A stretch of DNA of 63,985 nucleotides, counting the filler, from Streblomastix strix (Eukaryota), in NCBI GenBank assembly GCA_008636045.1. It is 3 parts of 3 records of this genome, joined end to end, with 100 filler letters (N's around TTAATTAATTAA, not from the genome) between each part and the next. Parts side by side here need not be neighbours in the genome. Positions count along the whole stretch, not along the records: positions 21,456 to 42,805 come from SNRW01000376.1; 2 more parts are not named here. The stretch is one strand, 5' to 3'. This document shows, in pieces, positions 22,617-34,800 of the stretch (within the stretch, counting starts at the first letter, position 1; every line of letters begins with the position of its first letter). Made by a program: the position numbers and the translations under genes. The notes beneath the pieces were generated by a model. The model was not told where the DNA came from, did not search any database, and saw only the letters and a program-made list of their open reading frames with translations.

Positions 22617-24690
22617 TCATTGTTACCTCCATTGATTAAGTTTGGAAGTTCCAGCCTAGATATTGAAAGCATTTCTTCGGTATTGTTGCACATTTCGTAG
22701 GATAGAGTCGCTAGCCCAGATTTGAGAGAAGGGAAATGATTTCCGGAGTCGTCTGTCTGAGTTGTTACTTCGATTGGTGTATTAAAATTATTTTGTCCAT
22801 TAAGTTCTAAATTTTTACCTTCGTTTTCTCTCTTATTGCTCTGATAGCTATTGCTAAGGTCTTATTGAAGAGTAAAGTGCTTCATCCCCAACCGAAGGGT
22901 AGGTCAAGGCATGTATAGATCTTATTCTTGAACTAGAACCTTAAAAATAGCTGCAGGTTAGGAATGACATGCATGTGATGAAAAGTGTCCTTGATGTCCA
23001 GTATCGTGGCATAGTCTGATTCTTGTAAAATCTGTCTTAGTTTTTCTAGTCTATCCATTTAAAAATGCACGGGTTACGTTAGTAAATTAATCTTTCTGCA
23101 ATCTAATATCATTTAAAGTCGCCCGTCTTAACTTGAAACCAAGAATATTGGGTTATAAACTTGTATATTATCCATTTCTTTGACAACTCCACCGCTTAAT
23201 TCCTTTCTGGTTGATTCATGTATTCTTGCTCCAATTCTAAAGTCCCTCGAAACAGGTGTGGCTATTTCTGTGAATGAAGGAAGAGTGGTGCTGCTGGTGA
23301 TATACACTCCGGTTAGGCTCCTCTAATGATCGTTTGAGTACCGCCAATTTTGTCCCATTAGTCCAGCCTCGCCATTAATCTATCCGGAACCGATGTTTTT
23401 CTAAGATCCATGCTATATTTAGGCATTTTTATCTCCTTCTGTACCTCTTCCTAAATGAGGGTATGTTAATCATTTGCCTTTCTCTCTTTTGCCCTCAGAA
23501 TCTTTGGTTTTCTATTTTTCTTAGTAAATCTGAGGGTCAATTTTGCCTCGATTAGTTCTTGTTTTGACTATTGTATGGACTGTTGGTTCTATGGAGATGG
23601 TTAGTTCTACATGAGTATAGCAAATTATAACGGAAGTTAGTTCTGTTGCTGTTGATTTTAGAATTGTCTTTATTACTAGTTAGAGTTATTATTATTGTAT
23701 GGATATATATTTCCGAAGCGATCACGTTTATATGGGCCTTCACTGCCACGGCCCCATCCATGAAAACTGTTATAACTACCTTGATATTATTGTTAACTCG
23801 GTAGATTTGATGATTAAAAAGTAAATGGCTAAAGTAGCGGAAGAATTAATATCAATGGTTGAGCCTATTACTATACGGAAGGTGTGGTAGGATTTGACTA
23901 ACTTTCTTCAGCGGGTTGCACAGCAGGTATTGGGTTTATGGCGCTAATCTTCTTCGGGTGCTCAATTAATTTGGTTGTTTTAGCTTATACTTTTAGCTTT
24001 TCTTTTTGATATCTTACTAAATACATCTGATGCGAAAACATCTGGTCTCAACTGGCCCTGGAACAATTGAGAAGCCAAGGTTTGCTCCAAACGTTGTTGT
24101 GCCTTACCAGCTAAGACACGGGCCAGGTTATGAGATGTAAGTATCCATTCTGTTGCAGATTCTGCATCATTCGTAGCTGGACTTGCAATTGCCGCTGCAG
24201 ATGCTCTTTAACTGTCAACTGCGAGTTAACAAACATCAGCTTCAAATTTCAAGTCCAGATCGCTTGCTTTTTCAACAGCACCTTTCTTGTTGATTTTAAG
24301 TCCCAACGTTGCCTAAATTCGGTCTTCCATGGCTTCAAATTCATATTTGGTTGGGTGTTTCCCTGTAGGGTCATAATCAGCCACTTTCGCATCGTAGTAT
24401 TGCTCAATAAGAAGCTGCGCTGAGGCGACTTGTTGTTAGTGCTGCTATTCTTCTGGTGTACGTGCTGTTTAGTTAAGGAGATCTACATAAATGGGAGGAC
24501 GGTGTCACTCTTCGCAAGCTAATTTTCTGGCACAGGTAGCGGCTATCCAGCGTGCTAATCAAGCTGTTGGTTCTCCATCTCGACTATTATTGTGGGGGGA
24601 TCGAGTACGTTCATATGCGAAGCAAACAAACCTAGTTGTTAGTAGATTTTTGTCGGATCCAAACTATTTCAAGGTCCTACTGTATTCCAA
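22617..24690 (-). mobile_element. Degenerate, 3'-truncated DIRS-like retrotransposon (gag-like region plus reverse transcriptase); boundaries approximate
   Basis: Minus strand: RLMARLDQWDKIGG, NPIFLV, ILDCRKIN, HFQMD, LDIKDTFHH, LPFGWG* (in-frame TGA 22882-22884), catalytic motif decayed to LMDK, FQYLGW; no RNase H or tyrosine recombinase visible. Confidence 0.7.
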
Positions 24691-24712
24691 TAAACAATGG
24701 GGATTTATTATT

Positions 24713-25117
24713 AGTAGTTAATGAAAAAGGACGATGCCCGAGCATTGCCTAAATTCTATTCGTTTGTGAGGTTCAGAAATCAAATCAATTATTTTTATCA
24801 TTAACGCATATCATAAATTATATCAATTATTTTTATCATAAATGTATATCATAAATCATATCAATTATATATTTTTATTAACATATATCATAAATCAAAT
24901 CAATTATTTTTCATTAATAATGATATTCATAAATGTTATTGTTTATTACTTTATGTGTATTTCTTTATTAACATCAAATTTATTCTTTGATTTTCGGTTC
25001 TGGATAATCTGTTCGTTTTTCATATGTCAGCAATTCGTAATATCACTGGTTATTTCTGATGTGGACAAATCACTGCGTTTATCAATGTGAGGGCATCGTC
25101 CTTTTTCATTAACTACT
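24713..25117. mobile_element. 405-bp non-autonomous TIR element with Polinton/Maverick-type ends
   Basis: 27-bp perfect TIR AGTAGTTAATGAAAAAGGACGATGCCC (24713-24739 and 25091-25117); ATTATT on both flanks (24707-24712, 25118-25123); internal short tandem repeats. Confidence 0.85.
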
Positions 25118-25559
25118 ATTATTATATGATTGGGTTATATAAAACCCTGAATGTTAATGATTGGGTTTTGGAGTAATGAAAAATAAGACATACTTTTCGA
25201 AAGTGTATGAAGAATGCTGTTTCTCGAGTTGTATTTGGTAGATAATAAACTTGGCTCTCTATGAAAGTATTAACATAATTATCGATTCAAATAGTTGGAC
25301 TTCCGTTAGAATTTTACTGTGGGGAGTAATGGTTAAATAAGAAATAATTTTTTATTATCATTTAAAAATAACTATAATTAAAAAAGATTAAACATAAACA
25401 GCTTCCGAAACACAAATTTTAAAATTTACAAAATAAATTCTCAATTTTACATTGAATTATGGTTCAATTTTCCTTGTTTTATTTTTTAATTATGTTTAAA
25501 TCTACATTTAAGTATCATTATATTGTATTTTCTTATTAATTTATTTTTTATCATATTAG

Positions 25560-26761
25560 ATGAAAATTCTACATTTTTTTTCATTAATTTTATTTTTTCT
25601 TCGTTATTCGAATTTTCCACATAATGTCAACATATAGAGTGTAATATATAACTATTTGTATATTTTTTTCACTTCGTTGAGTATTATGGTTTTTGATTTA
25701 TTTTTGGAAATTTTAAGTAATAAATATTTTTGCATTATATTCAATATTATTCTCTCTATTTTTATATTAATTTCAGATTTATTTATTATTTTTTATGATT
25801 TGGCGTACTATTGAGATTTTTTTATACACACTTTAATTCACTTCATTAGGTATACAAAATTTTATCCTAGTTTAAACACATTTATAACAATTTTTTTATA
25901 TTTTTTTGAATAAATTCTTCAGTTCTCTATTTCCTTTCATTGGAATTTAAAATAAGATTTCTCACTTATATCACTAAGGCAACTCCTATCATATTACTTA
26001 TTCCACTTATACATACTGTTTGGCGAAGAGTATTAAGAGTATAAAGATCTGCATCAAAACATCTTCTATGTATATTAAATTTTCTATAACTAATTTTATA
26101 TTATTTTAATTGATTAATTTTTCTCTGTTAATCAACTGAAGGCTTTTACACATTAGGTATATTGCTCAATGCAATCGGTGATATATTTCTAATTCAAGAT
26201 ATATGGGAATCATCATATACAATAGGAACAATATTTTTCATAGGCGGATATATATCATACGCAACTGGATTCTATCCAAAAGGAGAAGGATATTAAACTG
26301 GATTGTTTATCCAAACATTTCTGATGATGCTCACCTGTTCAATATGCGTATTCTTAATTGTATATAGAGCAGTTATAGATTCGCTAGAAGATATTATTTC
26401 ATGCGCTGCTTATCTCCTCGTGCAATGCATCATTGTTCCTTCATATGTTGCACAACCAAATAACAACAGAATTCGATGCCAAAATTGTTAGAAAATGGGC
26501 ATTTACGGATCATTATTGGTCTGTCTATCAGATTATATGCTCATTATTGATGCAGGATATAAGAAATATGAAGCAAAATAAGGCCGAGATGGAACAATAC
26601 CAGCTTTCCCACTGCGAAACTATGTTGTTATGCTCACTTATTATTCTGCTTAGTTCATGATTGCTTGGAGTACTAGACAATGGAGCTGTGCAGAAAAGAA
26701 CAATTTATCATAAATTGAGGATAAAAAATATGAGTAAATAACGTAGGATTTTGAAGAATGA
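25560..26761 (+). CDS. YhhN/TMEM86 (lysoplasmalogenase-like) membrane protein, multi-exon; start uncertain
   Basis: TKATPII, GILLNAIGDIFL, GSLLVCLSDYML, VMLTYYSAQFMIA motifs; TGA 26759-26761. Confidence 0.7.
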
Positions 26762-26996
26762 CAGTAGAATAGAAATGTATTCAAAATGATAAGAATTTTT
26801 TATTTATAGGAATTAATTGTATAAAATTCATCAACAAGACTATTTCAGCCATATTTTAATTAAGTAAGCATCTATTTTTTTATTTATTTATAGTTCACTA
26901 ATATTAATATAAAAATATAAAATTAGAAGATTTTTATAATTCTTAACATAATTTCTTATTATAACTTTATTTTCCATTTTATTTGAATTAGCACTA

Positions 26997-28692
26997 TCAT
27001 TGTTCTTATATTTATACCATTTATATATTAATTAAATCTTCTAAATCCTTTTCAAATTCTTCATTAAACAAATAAGATATTTTTTCACTAAATTCTATTA
27101 TTTTGGTGCACATTAAAATAGTTATTTATTTGATATTTTGTAAATATAGTAGTATTTCTCAAACAAAATCCTTTAAATTTCTTTGAGTTATAAAGATTTG
27201 ACTCTATTTCTTCAATTCCTCCTCCTTCCTCTATTTAATAATCAACAGTTTTTCTAAGATCTTTGTGAAGAAGATATTAATCATATCCATAATTAAATTA
27301 TTGATAGATAAATTAAATGTTATACAAAGATGTTTATATGACATTATTATTCTCTTCTTTCATTCCTCCACAATTACTTATTCCTTCAATCTGTGTTTTT
27401 ATTAATTCATATTTTTCTATAATTAATTTTTTAATTTATTATGATTCTTAATCCCAAATCGTAAATATGCATCTATTGCTGTTCTCTCTTATTTATGAAG
27501 TATATGTATCAAAAATTATAATTTCTGTTCTTAACCGTTAATATCTTGTCAATTAAAATAGAGATGGCAAAAGATTTGGAAATTGTAGCACTAACTGACA
27601 CGCTGGGGAGTTATCAAAGATGAAGCATTATAAAAAATATATAATTCCATCATTTTCCAATTGTAATGAATATTCTTCATCAAATTAATTTGCATCAAAT
27701 AAGTCTGAATTGAGTATGAAAGAAGTTATAGTGCGACCTGGAATATTTAATGCAAAATGTATGATTTAAGGGGCAATATGATCTAAAATCTATTTACTAT
27801 CAAGGAGGTTCTATCGTCCGTCATCATCAATATTCACCAGTATCAGTCCGCCAACTGCTCTGAAAACAATTCCCTATAGATGGTGAATCATACGCGAATT
27901 TGGAAAATTTATGCGATAAGGGCAATTAATTGAATCTGGGCAATTGATATGAATTAAAGGAAAAATAGTTTCATGCATTTTCAGATCATCTATTAATGCG
28001 TGATTATTGTCAGATTCCGAAAGACAATAGACGGCTTATAATGAATTTATAATATCGCTAAATAAATCGGTAATATCATCATCATTTTCATTAATTTAAT
28101 ATTACTCAATTATTTTTTTAATCAGTTTTTTAATATGAAATTGCAGAATCTTTCCACATGAAATTAATATATCTTAATCAATATATTCGAATTTGTTGAT
28201 ATATGCATATGTTTGCGCAGTTTGAGCAGTGATTATTGAATAATCCTCGTCTTTTCTTTAGTTCTAATCATTACAAATTTCAGAATAAAGAATTTCTCTA
28301 ATCTTATTTCTTAATCCAGACTCATTCAAAATTGTGAAGAGTTTGTTTTCTTCATATTGTTGTAATGTTTCAGCATTGAGTCTTGCATACGAATTAACAA
28401 CCCTAAGTACTGCATTCTCAACTGCTGATTTTCCTTCTCCAATTTATTAAAGAAATTCTGTACATAATTCTCTGGAAATTTGAGAAAATGAACATCCTTT
28501 TTTAATTTTATTGATTTATTCATTCATTTGTTTTAGCTCCTCTAGTTTTGAAAGTTATGATTCTGTTTATGGAATGGATTTAAGTTGAATTAAAAGGTCA
28601 TCTGAAGATAATTATACATATGGTTATTTTAAATCGGAATTTTCTTTAATTAGATTTTCGAGCAACTGATGGTTTATTGAATTCGAAGACAT
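26997..28692 (-). CDS. Hypothetical helical protein (~560 aa)
   Basis: Long minus frame from MSSNSINHQLLENL to ...IQEQ*; span is not a multiple of 3, so an intron or frameshift is unresolved. Confidence 0.5.
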
Positions 28693-29170
28693 CTGTATTT
28701 AGTGAATAAAAATAATAAAATATAATTAAAACTCGGTAATAAATAGAAATAAAATCAGATTTTAAATAGCAAAAAAAATGAATTCTAAAGCAATAATTCA
28801 ATTAATACTAAAATTTGAATAATCTAAGTAATTTTAGTAAATGTATCAAAAAAATTTGAATTATTTTTATTTGGCAATTTAATCATTAACTGTCTCATAA
28901 AAAGTATTTTTGTGAAAAATAAATATTAAAGCATATCAATTACTTATTAATTAATAGAATATATTAAGAAAATTATATATATTTATGAAATGTTCTGATA
29001 AAGATATTATTAAAATTTCATATTGTATCATTAACATTTTAAGTTTATTAAATATATTGAAAAATATTTTAATTGCTTAAAATTTTAGTTGTTTAGTAGT
29101 TTTAATAGACCTTGAACATTTACTATTTTTGTTTATAATATTTATTTTTCACTGAACTGGAAGCATATTT

Positions 29171-31500
29171 ATGGCTGACTAAGCAATCACTTAAACACCA
29201 TCAACGAGTGATACAAATCTGCTATAAGATGGAAATGCTTGGGTGACTACTGATACACCAAGAGAGGTTTGATTTTTTCTCAATTTTCTGCTTTGATACA
29301 CTCACAATTAAATTTGTTTTAATTTTATATTATCTCAAAAATATATTTTTATTATTTTTTCAGGCTAACAGATAAGTTGAATAGCTCGCGATGAAACTTC
29401 GACAGCCAGAAATAGAGGAAGCAGAATAAATCGCAGCGCTACACCAACTCATCACATTCGCTATTAATAGTTTAGTCATTTGTTATATTGAGTATCATTT
29501 TACTATTATTTAATTTAACAGATAAGGATAGTCCAAGCGTTGTGGAAGAAGGCGGAGCTGTAGAAGTAGCCAAAGACCTTATGAATATAACTTAAAATAC
29601 TCGTGTAAAAGTATAATAAAGAATGATTTTTTATTTTTATTCGACTTTTATTCTTTCTCATTTCAGCAACTGTGTGGTGCAATTATTGGAGTTGTAGGAG
29701 ACAATTAAAAAGTCAAGCAATTGCAATAACAATTGAACGAAGAAATAAAGAAACGAATCGATTCCGATGAAAAATTCCATATTGCAGATTAGGTGAGATT
29801 GTAAGAATAGCAGAAAAGGATTGATATTGAGTCATAATTGAAGGAAGAGGAGAAAAAACGTAAAGACGCGGAAGAAAAAGCTAAATTAGCAGAATAAGAA
29901 AAAGAAGATCTAAAAAAGAGAGTTTCTGAATTGGAAATAAAATTGAAAGAAGAATAAGAAAAAATCCCAAATATTTAGCAGATATAATAAGAAAGTGAAA
30001 ATATAGGAGATGAAACAAAGCAGGAAATAAAAGAATAAGATGATCAATCAAAGATCGATGTGAATGAAAAAGAAAATGAAAAAGAGCAAAATAATGAAAA
30101 AGAAAAAGAAAAAGATTTGGACATTCAAAAAGACAAAGAATAAGAACAAAATAAAGATATAGAACAAAACAAAGAATAAGCACCACCAAAAGAAAAGATA
30201 AAAAAAGCATATATATCAACAACAATGAAGAAGAAGAAGAAGAAAGTCACCGAGGATTTTGAGATGCGAGCTGTTAAAGCAGAAATGTAATTGAAGGAAC
30301 TTGAATAGAAACTGAAGCAGATTGAACAAGAGAATGAAAGGAAAGAAGCTGATGAGATTAAAAAGATCACTGAATAAGCTTTGGAAAAGACTAAAGAGAA
30401 AGAAAAGGAAAAAGAATTGGAGAAATTGAAAGATAAAGAAGCTGAATAAACAAATTCCACTACTAGTACTTCTTCTGATACTGAAAATATACAAGATCAA
30501 AAAGATTCCACATCTGAAAAGACCATCATTGAACAGCAGTTATAACAATCAGAGGACAGGTACAAAGCGAAAGAGAAAGAGGAAGATGACACACTTGGTT
30601 TCATAAGCGCCAAGAAAGCCAATGAAAAGATCACAAAAGAAGATTGGGTATAAATGAAGGACGATCTTGAGTTGGATGAAGATGAAGGAACTGAAGAACA
30701 AATTTCTGCTGTCAGATAGAAGAAGATTCTTGTGTGTCAGAGGATTATCGCGTATTTCATTGGGAAACAGGACGTTGAAGGGAGGAAATTGTCCATCGAA
30801 GCCGGAGTTATCGACGCTCTCCTGAACTTGTTCTTGAATTCACCTCTTGAGCAAATCACCATCATCCACTTCTGGGCTTTCTACACACACACACACCCAG
30901 CAACATACGAAATACAGCAGCTCCTATTCGACCACTCGCCGTACGCTTCACTGCTGCGGTTACTCGACCATCCGAACGTGTTTGTCGTGAACCGAGCAGT
31001 CAACGCGATATTCAACATCCAAGTTGGAGCTGGAAACATCACACCAGAAGACAAACCGCACCCGCACTTCATGATCCTGTCTGCGTGTGGTGGGATTAAA
31101 AAGCTGTACGCGCTCTTCTGGAAGGACGTGAGCAAGTTCTCGAAGGATAGAGCGGCTATTTGTATAGGGCAGCTGTATCATGGGAAGGAGATTATAGACA
31201 GAGCGATGCGGAGGGAGGTTATTGCGCATCTGAAAACACTTCAGTAGGACCCCAATTCTGACTAGTGGACGAGGAACGCATCGAAATGGGCGATTATATT
31301 CCTGTCGATGAATAAATGTGTGATATGTTATATATGTTATGTTATTGTTTTATTAATGGATGTTACTTATTATGCTTCGAAATAAAAATAAAAATTTATT
31401 TCTTTATTTTTTTTAAATTTAAAATTATTTGTCTTATTTTACATATAATTCAGTCAACCTTGCCGAGATTGAGAAAGATGACTACAAAATCCCCAAATGA
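29171..31500 (+). CDS. Coiled-coil plus ARM-like repeat protein, multi-exon
   Basis: ATG 29171, GT-AG introns, E/K/Q-rich coil, helical-repeat block (ORF-track 30732..31247), last exon NLAEIEKDDYKIPK*. Confidence 0.75.
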
Positions 31501-31867
31501 ACATGAATCTGATTAACACTATTTAATTTAATATTTTTGTCACACACTTTTTAATAATATTTGAACATCGACTCTCTTTTAAATCATAATGACCTTTAAA
31601 CTATACAATATTTGTGCTTAACTAACAAACGTCTTTTTATGCTTTTTTAATTACAATTTAATCTGCGGATACTTCTCAGAGTTAAGTACAAGAGGTCCAT
31701 TAGTTTATTTATTGTAATGTCAATAATAAATATTTCATATCAAAACGAAAATTGGTTTTTGAGTTGAGTTTATTGAATTGTTGATGTTTTATAATTAATC
31801 AATATATAAAATTAATAAGATGAAATGCAATTATGAACTATTATTGTTTAAATAAAATACACGCTAC

Positions 31868-34800
31868 TCACAATCTGAAATCCGGCGTCGAAATACAAAA
31901 CAGACTTGAAACATGACCAGCTTTTTTCCCAATTAAATCATTCATATTCTAATTCCTTTATTAATCAGTATCTGCAGTTTCAGGAATTGAATTCCACATC
32001 TTTTCATTGATTTATCCATCTTTCCCTTCTTCAATTCCTTCTCCATCATCATCAATGGCATTTCCTCTCATTATTAAAACTCCTTTTTTTAAATCATTCA
32101 TAAATTTCTTCGTTTCTTCAGCATCTTTTATTTTATTGCTGGAATTGAGCTATTTCTCTTTTTGGGTTTAAAATTAACCTTTTGGTACCATTTTCTTTAA
32201 CACTTCATCATGTTTCAACTTCTATTCATTTGCTGCTCTTTAAGCCAATTCGTATTATTTCTGTTATTTGATTATTTTCATCTATTCTTCTCTCTGCTGT
32301 TTTTCTTCTTATGAACCAAGTTTCCTTACTCGATCTATCCATTAGTCTTCAGATGATTTATAATTTTCTCTATTAGAGTCTGAATTATATTATTATTCAT
32401 CTTCTTCTTCATCTTAATCTTCTTCTTATTCTTACTGTAGCTTCTTTTATTGTTTTCTTTTATGTTTACTTTTATCTTTATTATTATTTAAATTATTATT
32501 ATCTTCATTCATTTCTTATTCAGATCTTTTTAATGCTTAATAACCATCCAATTTTTCTCCTTTATTTTATCCTTTATTTATCCTTTATTACTAACTTCCT
32601 TATTGCAACCCATTATTGTCATTCATTTATCCTTACTAATTAATTTAATCTTATTAATTAATTTATTCTTATTCTTATTATTAATATCCTTATTCCTTCA
32701 TCAATTCCAATTCCATCTACATCTGATCCTACTAATCAATCTCATCAACTAACTTCTACCTCCTAATCATTTTCTTCTGATCCAAATCGCTCTATAGTTT
32801 CTTATCTCTGACCCAAACTGCAGCTCCATCTCCTTATCTTTTATTATTGGCCCAGAATCCATCATAAACTGACCCATCAGAAAACTCCATCCTTCCGCGG
32901 CCTTATTTTTTCCCCTTTTAAAATTGACCAATATATATTTCTCCGTTTGTGAGTCGTAATTCTCCGAAACCGTCCCATTTTCCGGATTTCCATTCGCCTT
33001 TGTACATTCCGCCTTATGAGCCGATGTCTTTGTTTATGATTGTTGGATTATTATTTATATTGGAATTTGAATTTGAATTTATATTTGAAATGGATTTTTA
33101 ATTGGTTTTTGTCTTTTGTGCTGAAATCTAACTATTATTATACGGTGAAGTCAGAAAAGTACTCGTAACACCATTCTATATATCAGGCGAAGATTAATTC
33201 AATTATAATTACTACTGCTAAATCAATTATTATTAATATTATTATTAACTCAGTTATTATTAATCCTAAGCAGCATATATACACACTCCATCTCCTTCTT
33301 CTTTCCCATTAATCCATTACCCTCTATATACATCACCGTTCCTTCTCTTTAATATACCAAATCCATTTGGAACTCCTCTACTAAACGATCCTTCGTAAAT
33401 ATCACCTAATTGTGATTCATAGATGCCTTCGCCTTCTATTGGAACTTCGGGGTAAGATTCGGCTCCGATTTAAATACTGGTGGTTTATTGCTTTAAATAG
33501 GAAGAAAATTGCTTTAGTGGGGAAAATGAATTTGTTTGGTGAGTTATTAAAGATTTTGTTTATTATTATTATGTTTATAATGATTATTATGAAATATTTA
33601 TTGATGCTTGTGATTTTAATTGTATTTTAGATGAAGATTAAGAAGATACAGGTTGAATTGGCGTTGAAGATGAAATAGGTCGTATTGGAGATTATGATGA
33701 TAAAGATGATGAAGATTATTGTGATTATAATTTTTTGGGAGTTCTGCTTAATGAATCTTTGGATTAAGATTTGAGATTTAATTTTGATGAAGAAGAAGAA
33801 GATGGAGAAGATTCTGTAAATGGTCTTTGTTTCAACTGAGAATTGCTATTATTTCTCTTTTCTAGTTATGATTTGCTTTTTAATTCTGATTTTGGAGTAT
33901 TGTTATCTTTTTCATCAGATAATACACCTTTTTTTATTTTAGAGAATTATTCCAATTCGTCAACTTCTTAATTTATATCCTATTCTAATTCTTCTTCACT
34001 ATCAAATAATTCATTTATTTACTAATTTTATTTCTTATCTTTCTTATCTTTAATTTATTTATTATCATTTAATTTCATTTTTTCATTTATTTTCATTTTT
34101 TCTCCTTATTTCTTCATTTAATTAATTTCTCTTTCTTTTTATCTTAATTTCCTCCTCTCCTTCAAAATCAAATCATCAACAAAAGGAAGATTAACCACAG
34201 CAAACTCACCAGTATAAGAATCACCATTAGAGAAGATTCTTTTCCCTCTTCGATTCCTTATTCCATATTCAAATTGGGCAAAATCAATGTCCCCGTTTTT
34301 GAAGCGGATAATTACATCACCATTTATCTTACCATGTTTCCAGACACCTTCGACTTAACATCCTTGACCTGTGAGATCTATATATTATAGTTGGAAGAGT
34401 GATTGTTGTTATTGTTGTTGTTATTATTATGATTGAGTTTATTTATTGTTATTATTATTTGATTATTATTATTATGGTGTAATGAAAAATTCATTATACT
34501 GACTTTAGTTCTGTTATGGAGATTATTCATTTTGCTTTGATTTGTTCTCCAATGAAGAATTCTATGGTGAAACAAACATCCAACTCCCGCGATTCTAACT
34601 TTTTTACCCACTTTACTAACCAGATTAATAATAATTAGCACTATTTATATTACTATTATTATTATTACTATTATAATAATTCTAAACTCTCACATCAATC
34701 TCATTCAGCTTCTTGTCCAGTATTCCAGCTCCTTCTCTAAAACCATCAATCCAGACACCTCTGAAACAATCTCCATTCTTATACCTCTGAATTCCTTCTC

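Noticed and set aside
24842..25090. 82-aa ORF inside the mini-element
   Set aside because: Derived from low-complexity tandem repeats; no transposase or integrase motif
29881..31229. Minus-strand ORFs rich in F/L/S
   Set aside because: Antisense to the E/K-rich coil and ARM-like exon
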